64,000 bases of DNA, from NCBI GenBank assembly GCA_951406725.2, contig OX597822.1, forward strand, positions 59,024,001 to 59,088,000, read 5' to 3'. The position numbers and the translations under genes were made by a program. Source of the DNA: Octopus vulgaris (taxonomy: Eukaryota). Positions within the stretch are counted from its first letter, which is position 1. Every line of letters starts with the position of its first letter. Shown here piece by piece: positions 1-15,260 of the stretch. A model generated the notes under the pieces. It saw nothing but the letters and a program-made list of their open reading frames with translations, searched no databases and was not told where the DNA came from.

Positions 1-195
1 AGGGTGGCAAAAAAATTTTGTAGAATTCTTTTGCCACCAGCGGCCTAGTAGGAAAAAATTAAATAGTCATTTGGTGGCAAAAGAATTCTGCAAAATTTTT
101 TTGCCACCCTATATTGATTAATTATGAATTTTCTGGTTAGTTAGGCCGCTGGTGGCAAAAGAATTCTACAAAATTTTTTTGCCACCCTATATTGA

Positions 196-203
<8 letters not shown>
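1..203. repeat. Foldback/MITE-like element built from GGTGGCAAAA...TTTTGCCACC subunits (cut by window start)
   Basis: 1-48 is the reverse complement of ~142-188; ~72-125 is a direct repeat of ~150-203; it ends in (TA)n. Confidence 0.7.
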
Positions 204-225
<22 letters not shown>

Positions 226-226
<1 letters not shown>

Positions 227-440
227 GTAAATTCAAAAGAACAGAGAAAAAAAAACAAACGTTTGGACGTGGCAAAATCGATGTATTAAGACGCTCAGAG
301 AAAGAAAAGAGAAGTTTTACGTTTCCAGCATAGCTCTTCTTCGGAAATAGGAAAAAACAGGTGAGTCCAAGACGAAGATGGAAAAAAATCACCAACAATC
401 ACGTGCGGTTACATTTTTTAAAGTGACCAGATGTAGGGAT
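226..440 (-). mobile_element. Penelope-pLTR/retrozyme-like short element with decayed hammerhead (sister of family H1)
   Basis: Minus strand 314-349 reads ttt-CCGAAGA-A-GAGC-tat-GCTG-GAAA-CG-TA-aaa; flanks are homologous to H1; lies between (TA)n tracts. Confidence 0.55.
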
Positions 441-526
441 ATATATATATAATATTGTTGAATTATATATATATATATATATGTATGTATGTGTGTGTGG
501 TGGGTGTATGTGTATTTGTATATATC

Positions 527-718
527 AGTCGCCATGATTGACCACTAACTCCAAAAGATTTTTTATTCTCTCTCTGCTTATTTCCTCGTGTTCCTTTCTG
601 TTGAAGAGCGTAGGCTCGAAACGTAAAAGACTTTTTCACCTTCCCGAGCATCAAACTCACACCTTCTTGTTGTTTATACACCTGTCTTCGTCTTTTGTTT
701 TTCTGTAAATTTCAACTA
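527..718 (+). mobile_element. Family H1 hammerhead-bearing short element
   Basis: Homologous to 12682-12893, 35232-35432, 53144-53358 and 55502-55680; bounded by TA/TG microsatellite. Confidence 0.75.
594..629 (+). ncRNA. Minimal type I hammerhead-like motif, A6U variant
   Basis: cttt-CTGTTGA-A-GAGC-gtag-GCTC-GAAA-CG-TA-aaag; helices I and II pair. Confidence 0.6.
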
Positions 719-1448
719 TATATGTGTGTGTGTGTGTGTGTATACGTACACACATACATGCATGCATACATACACATATACATGTATGTAATATATATGT
801 ATATAATGTATATAATGCGTATGTATGTGCATATATATGAATATATATGTATATATAGGCATGCATATATATATATTATATATATATACACACAAATATG
901 TATATGTATACATATATATGCATACATGCACATGCATATACACACATGCTGCAACAGCAGCAATAAAGAAATAACAAAACCCCTATACAAAATGATCAAT
1001 AACATTTCATTCTGTCTAAATATCCATGATTCATATCTCTGTCAAATGATATCGTTGAAAATCCTTTTATATTTTTCTCATCTAGAGTATCGATATCATC
1101 CTTAGCAATGTTAAACATCTTCATCTGTAAATGATATCAAAATGCAATGTGTTATCGACATTTACTGAAATTATTATCTGTTCCAGGCGGCACAATTGTT
1201 CTCTGGTTGTAAAGCAGAAACAAGAATTTCTATCAATACTTTTTAACACGCGTAGAAATGTAAATGTTGAGATCACCGATAAGGAAGCAACTGAAACGGA
1301 AATGTTTCACATATCTCCATAGAGAAATATTGGCTAAATAAATTGAAATGGTACCGAGTTGCGAATTCATATTAATTTCACAGCAAGATTTCATGCATGT
1401 AAATATAAAATCGGATTTCCACTCAACCGCCATTTATATTTTTGTTTG

Positions 1449-1528
1449 TATGTATGTATGTATGTATGTATGTATGTATGTATGTATGTATGTATGTATG
1501 TATGTATGTATGTATGTATGTATGTATG
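1449..1528. repeat. (TATG)n microsatellite
   Basis: Direct reading. Confidence 0.95.
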
Positions 1529-1571
1529 AATCAGTTTACCACTGATTCATTCATCATAGATCCGAGATAAC

Positions 1572-2038
1572 ACAGTACACTCAATTGTGGACCATGTTAT
1601 GTTTATCACCGATGATCTATGATAACACGGGTCGGCGACTAAAGATTTTGCTGCAACCGCAAAAGCACGCCCACAATGCTCAGCTACCCAGAATGCACTG
1701 ACCATCGCTTGCGTTCACATCACCATGCGTACTTTTTATACGAATTTATGCACACATACCAATTAACACGTAACCAGTGAACAGAAAAAGCACGAAGTTG
1801 CTTGATCCTAACAAACGACAAAGATGTGTGTATTCTCTAGAGAAAAGGCGGAGATCATCCAGAAAATACGTAATTCTTGAAGCTTCGTAGCTGTTGACCA
1901 CGAATTTAGTGCTAATGAATCTACCATTTTTTGCATTTACAAAGTTCGTAAGGATATCACGAAAGCATTCATGGATTCATTTAACACGGTTTTGTTTTTG
2001 GAAGCAAAAATCCGTGATAAAGGATAATAATTACTGTA
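1572..2038 (+). mobile_element. Possible decayed Tigger/pogo-like DNA transposon
   Basis: Begins CAGT and ends ACTG-TA; ~1810-1875 encodes NKRQRCVYSLEK/AEIIQKI (with frameshift), resembling a CENP-B-type N-terminus; TIR match is weak. Confidence 0.25.
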
Positions 2039-2409
2039 GTAATTATAAGGTCATTTATGTAAATGTACTTAGTTACAAGTTTTGATTACATTCTAATAAG
2101 TAACCTTTATTATCATTACTAGTTTGTTAAAGAATTAATTCTGATGAAGTGTTAATTAACAATTCATCAGGTTTGTTCGATCTACATTCCAATCCGCCAA
2201 AACTGCTTTGAAGAGACCAATTTCCTAATATGGATATGAGTTTGTACATATATGTATTCACATCTCGATTCTGAATCACTTGCCTGATTTTGTAAGACAC
2301 ACGTCAAGAGAGAAGTATAGAAAGATTGCGAAACCGACCACATAGTGTCCAGAGGGACGGATAACCAAGTCTTTTGTTGTAATTCCGGCCATATCCAGGT
2401 TGCTTCACA

Positions 2410-2550
2410 TTAATGGATCCTAGTACTTGGCAGTTACAATATTTTATCAACATCAGAATAACGAAAATTTAATCCCGGGGGATTTGAACTCAAACCATAA
2501 AGGCCGGTAATTAAATACTGCAAACACTCCACCTATTCTGCTGACCCACT
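2410..2550 (-). mobile_element. SINE family B, degraded
   Basis: ttttatcaac...gggggatttgaactc matches the reverse complement of the family B body. Confidence 0.5.
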
Positions 2551-3041
2551 AATTAATTTATTTCATTTAATTGATTGGCCACAATGGCCTTACACAGAAA
2601 GGAAGCTGCGGGCTGGATACATACACATAATGATATGAAGAACAAATGAAATGGGTGAAAAATGAGGGCAACAGTAACAGCCTGAACTGCATGAAGAACA
2701 AAAAGATGATGGAAAAAGACGATATTCTTCCGATATCGTAAACCTTGCCTTCCATTATATATGTAGTCTCTCGCAGGAATGGCATGAGAATATAACCACA
2801 AACATTCAGTTAAAACTATCAAACCACCAACAAAGGATGAAAATGATCTTCCGAAAAGTACAATAGCCTTATGTAACCTTTTGAAATAATAAACGAAGGA
2901 AATAAGGCAGAGATTAGGCCGAAATGACAACATACAAACAATTATTGCATAGTTAACTCCAAACATGAAATACGATCGGACCAATTTATCAGTAATAGTC
3001 ACCTTAGTTTAATAAATGCCATCAGTCAATGGTGGAAAACG

Positions 3042-3087
<46 letters not shown>

Positions 3088-3868
3088 CTAGTTTGAAAAT
3101 ATTCAGCAGATCAGATGCGACCATTGCTTCAGTAAAAAGAAAAAGTAAGAAATGACTGTCGCTCAGCATGAAATATTTATTTTAATGAATCCAATACTCT
3201 CAACATTGTTCTTATATGTGTGTATGTGTATGTGTATGTGTGTACGTGTTTGTTTGTGTGTGAGTGTGTTTGTGTGTGTGTGTGTGTATTAGTCTATATC
3301 TATTGTATTATAATATTGAGCACATAGCTTGACAGTCCCCTACATTCTCTTCTGGACAAGATTCCGGATGGTCGTTGTTCTGGTAAGGGAGGAATGAGAA
3401 TAATGATTGGTGCAGAGCTTTGGAGTGAGAATGGACGGATCTTTTCCCTTTGAACGGCAGATCGAGAAATTAATGTTTTTGTAATTAAAAACTCTTTCAA
3501 ACTTCGTATACTGGTAGAATGTGTCATATAAAACATCGTTTTTGAGAAACGTTTATATTTATGAAGTTATTTCGTGTTAAAGTTGTCGTATTTCGGTAAT
3601 TTCAACCAATCAATGACGTGTATTCAGCTGAATAAAATTACTGCTGTTGTTTGTCAACAACTTTCGGCGGTATATATATTTCGTTTGCCACTATTATTTA
3701 CGACATATTTCATCTCAGTTATGTTTGTATGAATAAACGAGTGTATTTGAATCATTTTTTCTTCATGGCACCACCATAATCGTTCGTGCATTTCTACAGC
3801 TTTTAGTTTTTTTCCTGTTTTTCAGCTACTATTTTCGGAGATTTTTTTGTCCCCATACCCCTACCCCT

Positions 3869-4000
3869 CCAAATCCACTCACAAGGCTTTGGTCGACCCG
3901 AGGCTATAGTAGAAAATACTTTGCCAAGGTGCCACGCAGTGGGACTGAACCCAGAACCATGTGGTTCGTAAGCAAATAACTTACCTCACAGCCACTCCTG
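3869..4000 (-). mobile_element. SINE family A, head half
   Basis: Reverse complement of the tRNA-like head plus CCTTGGCAAAGT CORE-like segment; matches 30653-31073. Confidence 0.85.
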
Positions 4001-4624
4001 TTAAATATACGTAGGTATTAGTCACAAAGTAATTTCGAAAAGCTTTCTAATGATGGTGGTCGTCACTAATTTCATGTAAATGTTCTGTGACAGCGTGTGT
4101 AAAGAAAGTCAGAAAGCAAGGTATGTATAACATTAAAATTTATTTTTGAAGGGTAACAAGCACTCGCAAGAAGCAATAAGAATTATTTTTTTGTTTGTGT
4201 GCGAATGATAAACAAATGGTGTAGCGAGACATGAAGAAATTCTCATGACTTATGATGTATTTCATTTGGGTGGTTTATATGACACAGAATGAAAACAGAC
4301 ATAAGTGAAATGAGTTGCGCGGGGTTGGTAGTGTACACTGTAACAGTCGCATATCAGAAAAGGTGATGTTGCTCCTAGGACCGTCAATGCTGTAATTAAT
4401 TTAGCTATTTGAAAAAGGCGCGTATACTGCTGGGTGGAAGTTGCCATTTGTATCCTTCCGCAGCCAGCTCTAATTGGATGAAATGGCCATAGCACGACAA
4501 AATAGCCCGTTTCTGTCTCGCTACAGCTTCAATTAATTCAAATTATTATTGCTATAACAAGACAGAAGTCCTTCAAGGTGAGTTTAAATCTGAAAAAAAA
4601 AAAAAAGCTAGGGAAATAATACAG

Positions 4625-4835
4625 TAATGTACATTATTTACATTAGACGGATATGTGTCCTCATCTTGTTTGTTGTTACCACAACATTTCGGTTGATTTA
4701 TTCTCCAGCCTTCATCAGGTGTCCTGGTAGGATTTTGAACCCAACCCTGGGTTCTCATTCCTAAGGTATTTTTTGCTGGTGTTATTATTATTATTTATTC
4801 AAGGCCACGCCCTTAACCTTTACGCTATATGCCCG
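4625..4835 (-). mobile_element. Family H2 (tRNA head + AAT tract + hammerhead), head partly deleted
   Basis: Colinear with 33260-33588; hammerhead at 4679-4724 reads gacac-CTGATGA-A-GGCTG...CAACC-GAAATGTT-gtg. Confidence 0.7.
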
Positions 4836-4934
4836 TGAGCAATTATAGAATGAATTTTAGGGCTTATAATCTTTTATCAGCCCTAATTTAGGGCAATTAA
4901 TTTGACTTTTGGGGGAAAAATAAAGACGATGCAG

Positions 4935-5410
4935 TTAGCTTAAGCACCCCAGCATTGCCCCTTCTTTTGAGGGCCAGAAAATATTTTAGTGCCCAACAAC
5001 TGGTGACACTACAAAATGCAAATGAGGCTCACAATAGAGTATTGGTTTCACATTTAGGATGATATTGCTATGTACACACACATCCTGGACCGTATTCAGA
5101 GAAGGACCAATCGGCTAATTAGTGAGACTCGCTCCAGCCCTTCGGAGTACTATTTCCTCTCTTTTTTCAGTTGCTACTGTAACATCCTCTTTTTCTCAGG
5201 ATTGCCTAGTTTGTGCCTCTTCTACTCTCGACCCACTCATTTCTTCACCTCTCTTCAACCATGTGCCCAACTCCGCTCCAGACCCTGCACTAGTCACTGT
5301 ACCTGGTCATTTCTCCCTAGACTATCGTCACTTCTAGAAACTCCTCTCTACTAATATTTTAGCTGTGGGTGTCGAGTTTGAAAATGCTTAAACGAAACAT
5401 TAACGTCGTC
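4935..5410 (+). pseudogene. LINE (CR1/Jockey-like) ORF2 C-terminal remnant
   Basis: Broken frames give RARKYFSAQQL...QMRLTIEYWFHI...HILDRIQRRTNRLI, the typical post-RT RPxLEY...LDRIQRRAxRLI motif. Confidence 0.65.
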
Positions 5411-5897
5411 GTTCTCTGCAGTCACGGAGGGCCTGCAAAGGTCTTAAACACAACTTCATCCTTGAGTCACAGCAAAAAAGCAAAAACAAAAACAGTGTCA
5501 ATTAATGGTTTATGTACAACGTGTTTTTATTGAAAGATATGACTGATGATTCTTCTACTTATATCGTTCCATATATTAAGAAGAGGATTAGAGTCTGTAT
5601 TTGTGTACACTGCTTACTTGTTTAGTATTCAGTAGCAATATTTAGTGTTACAGAAACGAAAAATTGGCTCAGTAGCTGTTAGCTGTAACTGTACTCTTAA
5701 GACGTAATCCTTGAAATTGCTAATTATGTCATACTAATACATTTAATATGCGCTCGATTTCATACGCGCCCATGTATGTATGTATGTATGTATGTATGTA
5801 TGTATGTATGTATGTATGTATGTATGTGCGTGTTTATATGTACATCTCTCTCTCTCTCTCTCTATCTATCCATCTATTGTAAACAAACTTAGAGGCG

Positions 5898-5972
<75 letters not shown>

Positions 5973-6080
5973 CTATTTATAAAACTGAAATGCGAAAAGT
6001 TTGTTTGTTTGTTTGTCTGGTTTTGGCATTGAGAACGGGTTAAAGGTCACTAGATCCCGTCGGATTGACTCCAAAATTTA

Positions 6081-6226
6081 CAGGGACATGTAAAATGAGG
6101 TGACGATGCCAGTGGGCTCCTTGAAAGGTGTCGTTGCTAGGGCCAAAAACTCACAGGGACATGTAAAATGAGGTGACGATGCCAGTGGGCTCCTTGAAAG
6201 GTGTCGTTGCTAGGGCCAAAAACTCA
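6081..6226 (+). repeat. Perfect 73-bp tandem duplication
   Basis: cagggacatgtaaaatgagg...gggccaaaaactca occurs twice. Confidence 0.9.
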
Positions 6227-6418
6227 CTTTGACAAGACTACTCTCATTCTTTTATGTATCTGTCTTCCTCCGTTACTCACTCTCTTTCCTCCCTTCCCAT
6301 CACTTTCTATATATAACGTCGTCTAACAGCGTCTAACTCCCCTTCACTTTCTCTTTATAACGTCCTCAAACGGCATTCTATATCTCCCCCTCCCCGCCTT
6401 CGACAGCGCTTTCACTCT

Positions 6419-6453
<35 letters not shown>

Positions 6454-6546
6454 GTCTGTCTGCATTCATAGACAGAATTATCATCGCCACCACCACAACG
6501 CAATTATGAGAACAAATATTATGAATCAGATATTTATTGGGTTAAT

Positions 6547-6613
<67 letters not shown>

Positions 6614-6904
6614 TGTGTGTGTGTTCTATATATAAATATGTATATATAATGTATATATACAAAGTGTATATATCTGTATTTATGTATATTAAACTTTTTA
6701 ATACTTTTTGATAGTTATATATATTTTAAAAAAAATTATGATTATAAATTAATAATTTTTATTTTAAATTTAAATAATTTAAATTTTTCAATTTTATATT
6801 TTATATATTTTGTATATTACATTTTTATTTTTATGTTTTGGTTTATGTTTTTCACTGTTTGATTTGCCTATTAGTGGTTTTATCTCTAATTTAATTTATA
6901 CACA

Positions 6905-6978
<74 letters not shown>

Positions 6979-7238
6979 CATATATATATATATATGTATA
7001 TATAATGTGTGCATTATGTGGTCGGTTGTGCTGAAAATATGCACACCTATGTTAAAAGTGCTGGCAAGTTTGCATGACAACTATTTTTTTCTTCAAATAA
7101 AAGGCGTGACCTCTAGGACAAAATTCCTCATCTTATAAAATGTGGCCCCAGTAGACCCGAATGAAATCGGGTTATATTAACCAAAATGTGAAAAGGGGTC
7201 TAAGTGGGGCTGGAAGGGGATTAAAATTTACAGGAGCG

Positions 7239-7620
7239 GGTGTTTACGAATTCCCTGTTACATGAAGCTAAAAAATTTGCGCCAGCCTTTTAATCGTCAA
7301 TGTGTTGCCGTCCATGATGAAGAAGTTTTGAATGCTTGCCATGGTGAGTCTACTGTCGTGAGAAAGAATCACTTCAAAACTTGGTGTTTAGGAATTTTCT
7401 TTTACATCAAGTTCAAAATCTTACGCCAGCCGTTAAACTGTCAATACGTTGCTGTCCGTCGTTAAGAAATGCCAGCCATGGTGAATCTACTATCCTCAGA
7501 TTCTATCCCTTCAAACTTTGGTTTCCAATATTTTATTATTTTTATTCAGCTCGTAAGTTCGTCTGTCCCTTTTAAATGTTAATGTTTTGCTGTCTGCCTT
7601 GAAGCAGACATTTCCTATGT
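7239..7620 (+). repeat. Diverged ~140-bp tandem repeat, about 2.5-3 units
   Basis: Recurring ggtgttta.gaatt...cgccagcc...gccatggtga.tctact...cttcaaa. Confidence 0.65.
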
Positions 7621-7797
7621 CACTGCCTGATATTTATGATTGATCTTTCAAAATATTTTATTTCTCAACTTACTCAAGATCTTTTGTTGTTTATAAATGG
7701 GAGATAGATAGATAAAGATAGAGAGTAAGAGAAAGCGAGGGAGAGTCCGAGAGAAAAGAAAAGTAAGAGAGTGGGAAAGTGAGAGAGAAAGAGGGAG

Positions 7798-8050
7798 AAT
7801 CATCATCATCATCATCATCATTATCGTTTAACATCCGTTTTCCGTGCTAGCACGGGTTGGACAGTTTGACCGGGGTCTGGGAAGCCAGGAGGCTGCACCG
7901 GGCTCCAGTCTGATCTGGCAGTGTTTCTACAGGTGGATGCCCTTCCTAACGCCAACCACTCTGTGGGTGTAGTGGGTGCTTTTTTCGTGCCGTTGGCACA
8001 GGTGCCAGGGGGGCTGGCAGCGGCCACGTTCGGATGGTGCTTTTTACGTG
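7798..8050 (-). mobile_element. SINE family C 3' part with (GAT)n tail
   Basis: Minus strand GGCGTTAGGAAGGGCATCC...GGATGTTAAACGAT followed by (GAT)n. Confidence 0.7.
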
Positions 8051-8118
8051 CTGAAAGGAAGCAACAGAAAGTAACAACCACACTCTTACCCGCGCGTAGA
8101 GCGGGTTACCTTAAGCTA

Positions 8119-8164
<46 letters not shown>

Positions 8165-8168
<4 letters not shown>

Positions 8169-8850
8169 CAAAAATGCAATTGAGTACAATAAAACATTCG
8201 GACAGATATACGATACAAGGCGGACAAGAGAAACAATAATTAGAAGGACATACAGAAAAAGACGGGTCATTCGTGGCCTTCTTTCTTCAGTCAAGTCCCA
8301 GAAGTCACGACCATTTCAGACAGTTACACTTGAGACGGTTCGATCTGGTTGCCCCACCCAAAAGTGTAAGCTAAGAGCATTGGACCCCTTTGTAAAAAAG
8401 CTAGCGAATATGTACGGCAACAAAGACAAAAAAGAGAGAACATAACACACAAAAAGACGAAAAATGGAGAACATGGTACACAATTAGGAATACAAACAAC
8501 AAAAAAATAACAACAGGTGTCTTTCCACTGAGAACGAATCAAATTGAGCTGGCGTGTATGAAGTGAAAGCCTAAAGGCAGGAACATAGGAGATGGACACA
8601 AGAGGTGTTGACGGTTGGCAGTCAGGCCAAGGAAGAAAGATCATGGATGGCTGGACACCGGTCACGTGGAAGGAGGAGAGATGGGTAGGGGACAGTGGGA
8701 TTGAAGCATTAGAAAAAAAGATCAGAGACAAATAGAAAGGTACAGGGGAAATAAACAATGGGAACTAGTGGGAGCTAAAGAAAGAGAAGGCCAAGAAATG
8801 TGAGAGAGAGGGGGAGCGAGAAAAAGAAAAAGAGAAGAAAGTAAGCGAGG
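8165..8850 (-). mobile_element. Family H3 repeat (CTGANGA-containing, Penelope-pLTR-like)
   Basis: Shares the CTGAnGA...GAATG block and flanks with 13150-13500 and 56420-56595; abuts (TA)n. Confidence 0.45.
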
Positions 8851-8852
8851 AA

Positions 8853-9010
8853 CGACGGGCTTCTTTCAGTCTTCTTCTACCAAATCCACTCACAAGGTTT
8901 TGGTCGGCCCGAAGTTATAGTAGAAAACACTTGCCCAAAGCGCCACACAGTAGGAGTGAACCCGAAACCGTGCGGTTGAGAAACAAGCTTCTTACCACAC
9001 ATTCACGCCA
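8853..9010 (-). mobile_element. SINE family A, head half
   Basis: cgacgggcttctttcagt...caaatccactcacaagg...cttaccacac. Confidence 0.85.
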
Positions 9011-9015
9011 ATGAA

Positions 9016-9281
9016 AAATTACAACAAACACAAGATTATATCATTTATTCAAACGTATGTTTCAACATTGTGGTTGTTTGGAATTCTGCATTGAATGTTC
9101 CAAGTGCAGTCGGATGTTTAACCATATTAGTCTGTGTAACAATGCCAGAAAGTATTCCCCGATGATCCTTTGTAGTTAAGCATCCAGTTGCGCTTGGAAC
9201 ATCCAATGTAGAGTTTCAAATACCCATAATGGTGAAATGGGCGTAGGAACAAATGAAAGAAACTTGTGTTTATCGTAATTT
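9016..9281. repeat. Long imperfect inverted repeat (foldback/MITE)
   Basis: Arms 9016-9124 and 9173-9281 align without gaps, roughly three-quarters identical by eye. Confidence 0.8.
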
Positions 9282-9459
9282 ATCCTACATTTGGTCTGAA
9301 TATGATAACTAGTAATATAGTAGTAGTTGAAACATTATACTAGAAGCAAACTAAACGATAATAATTTACGTGGCACTCTAAACTTAACAGGAGCAGTCAT
9401 ACAAAATCCACAATGCATACATGTATGTATGCATGCGTGTATGTATGTATGTATGTATG

Positions 9460-9490
<31 letters not shown>

Positions 9491-9525
9491 GCATTATGTA
9501 CACACACACACACACACACACACAT

Positions 9526-9580
<55 letters not shown>

Positions 9581-10312
9581 AACACATGTGTTGTACTTGT
9601 CTACCAAGTGACTTGCTTTGAGATCTTGTGTTGAAACTGAAACCACTTAATAACAAGCAGAACCATTTAATAGCACAAAAAGCTGTTAAATTCACTTTAA
9701 ATCTATATTTATCTCGTGTGGTGTCAAAATTTTCATTGGTCACGGTGATCTGGTTACTGGTACGATTCTATGATGTTAATAGCAAACCTGGGTACCAAAC
9801 CGTTAATCTGTTAAACACACACACATATATTAATGAAGTTAAGATTTTCGTTAACAATCTAACTTTCAAGTTAACTTTGGCAAGCATTATCGGACTAGTT
9901 AACCCTCGAAGACAATGCTCCAGCATGACCTCAGTCCCCTGACTGAAACAAGTCAAAGAGTGTAAGAGAGGGAGAGAGAGAGAAAGATAGAATGAGAGAG
10001 AAGAGTGAGAGAGTGAGAGAGAGTGAGTGACAGAGAGAAAGAGAAAGGGAAAGAGAGAGAGAGAGAGAGGGAAAGAGAAAGAGGGAGAGGGAGAGAGAGA
10101 GACTGCTTGCATAATACCCTACCTTTCCTTATCCAAAGTGAATCAAAGAATTAAAAAACCAAACAAATGCTAATATTTCCCTTTTATCTTTTCTGACAGA
10201 TTTCTGGAGCAAAATATAGATAAGAACATTTGAGAGTTCTTATCTCAAGCTTTTCCCTCATCATACCTCCCCTAAATACACACCCAAGCCTACAGAAATT
10301 ATACGCTGATTT

Positions 10313-10786
<474 letters not shown>

Positions 10787-12079
10787 TTATATAACTTATT
10801 ATATAACTATACATATTCATACAGAAAGAGTGATGAAGAGTGAGAAATATCCTTCTCCTTTTTAATTTTGCATTCTTTTTTTCACCTTCTTCTATCCAGT
10901 ACGAGTACCAGCGATGTTGGATGATATTAAACTGTAATGGCGTCAACGATCTAATCTCGACCTAGTTAGTAAAGGGATGAGGAACTAGTTTACACCCGAA
11001 TCCAAAGATAATTGTTTCATACTCGCAGCTGTGATGTTACTTTACCAGTCTTACCTGACAAACTCTATTTGAGAAGCGCCCCAGCTTTCTCTCTCTATTT
11101 TTTTGTGTTTTAACCGAAAGCTTTATTTTTTCAGGGAGAGCTGGTGTTTTTTTCCCTACACATGAATATAGTAGAAATGTGGAGCAGAAATGAATGTTAG
11201 TCTAAATTCGGTTAGGTTACCATACTATATGTGTACATATACATATATACAACCGCGCGAACACACGCATATACACATATCTATGTATGTTTATATATGG
11301 TTATATATATTACTATATATATATATATATATTTGCATATGTACACGCATGCATGCACACAGACACTCATATGGTTTACATAAGCCGGTCCACAGGCACA
11401 CAGGCACACACACACACACACACACACATACACACACAAATACACATACACACACACAGGTGCACTCATATACAAGAATAGCATGACGACTGGTTGTGAT
11501 GGGGGCTCGAATCTTTTTTATCTTTTATCTATATCATGTGTATATACATCGAAAAGAAGACGAGATGGTCATGACTGGTAAGTCTTTGATCATGTACCTA
11601 AGTTATCAATAACAAAAACAGCAATGGTTTCCATGTCATCTCTGGTCGATCAAATCGGTGATCAAAGTCGTTCTAGTATTGATCATCTCATTTTTGTATA
11701 TGAAGGAATATATAGATTAATGTGTTTTGTTTGTAAGACCGTAAAATGAGATTTGAGGGAAATTTTGCTACTGTTTTCAGCTGATCAAGCAACTACGTAA
11801 AAAACCATATGTTGCCTTGTTTTCCCTTTCGACATCAATGTACCGAAGTTCTGAAGTTCAAAATTAAACACTAATTGTAAGCACCTCAGCTTTGGCTTTG
11901 AGAACTTACTGGATTAAAAAAAATTAACAACATCAACAAGAACAACAACAATCCCTTCAATTCCTTTCCCAGATCTTGGAAGATTTTCGTTCTAGAAATG
12001 CATTTTATTAAATTTGAATAAAATGGTGGATAGGAACATTCTTATTTTTATGCAGAGCTTGCAGTACATTTGTACGCAT

Positions 12080-12154
<75 letters not shown>

Positions 12155-12486
12155 ATAAATATAAATATATAAAGAGATGTAGCACGGATTTTTGTCAGTG
12201 AACAGGTCGCGGATTTTAGCGACGAAAATATTTTGACAAATTAAACTTAAATGTTGAAGTGAATCGAACGGCTTTTGTGTGTTTCTTAAATGGCTTATAA
12301 GCACCTTCCACGCTGCAATTGTAAATATATATAGATATTTATAAAATAGACGCCATTTATTCCGCCCACCTTACATCATTTTCGTACCAAGGAGAAAAGT
12401 CAGCTTGCTTTTATTTTATTTTATTTTGATTTTAAAAACAACGGACATTCAAAGTTCGGCTTTAACTGCTCTTTCTCCCTCTCTTT

Positions 12487-12956
<470 letters not shown>

Positions 12957-12958
12957 CA

Positions 12959-13014
<56 letters not shown>

Positions 13015-13099
13015 ATTTGCCGCTATCGGTCGAGCGGCAGATTAGAAAGCGTGTTTGAATGTGGATGAAGAAGTGTGTCTCTTCTTCTTCTCTTACTTT

Positions 13100-13149
<50 letters not shown>

Positions 13150-13153
<4 letters not shown>

Positions 13154-13500
13154 TCAAGGGTATGACAAAAACGCGACAAGATTAGGGTAGGACAAGAACG
13201 CAACAAGCGGAAATCCAATAAAAAGCAACGTGCGGTAAAAATGACGATAACATAATAAACAGGGAACTGGACAAAAATAAGATACGCGGATCATTCACAG
13301 CCGATTTCTTCGTCAGTTAGTGTCTAGAAAGTCATAGCTGCTTCGCGCTTTTTAGCCTTGAGACCGCCCGAATCCTGCAAGCGGCAGAATATTAAGCTAA
13401 AAGCATTAAGCTTCTGGGAGAGGCAAACGAAAACAAGAATAAGAAAGCGAGACACGAATACAAACATATGGGCATAAACGTATACTGTGTACGCGCGCAT
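13150..13500 (-). mobile_element. Family H3 repeat
   Basis: Minus strand CTGACGAAG...GAATGATCC; shares cttgagac and aagctaa.agcatt with the 8165-8850 copy. Confidence 0.45.
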
Positions 13501-13528
13501 AAAGTGTGCCGTTGGAGTTGAAGTTTAC

Positions 13529-15260
<1,732 letters not shown>

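Larger units (their letters stand above)
5972..8119 (+). mobile_element. Non-autonomous Helitron (with internal repeats and an inserted SINE)
   Basis: 5' A|TCTATTTATAAAA followed by (GTTT)n; 3' hairpin ACCCGC-7nt-GCGGGT (8088-8106) then CTAG|T; pairing of the two ends is inferred. Confidence 0.6.

Noticed and set aside
2553-3002. 149-aa minus-strand ORF
   Set aside because: No recognisable motif or convincing splice signals; hydrophobic bias is expected from T-rich sequence
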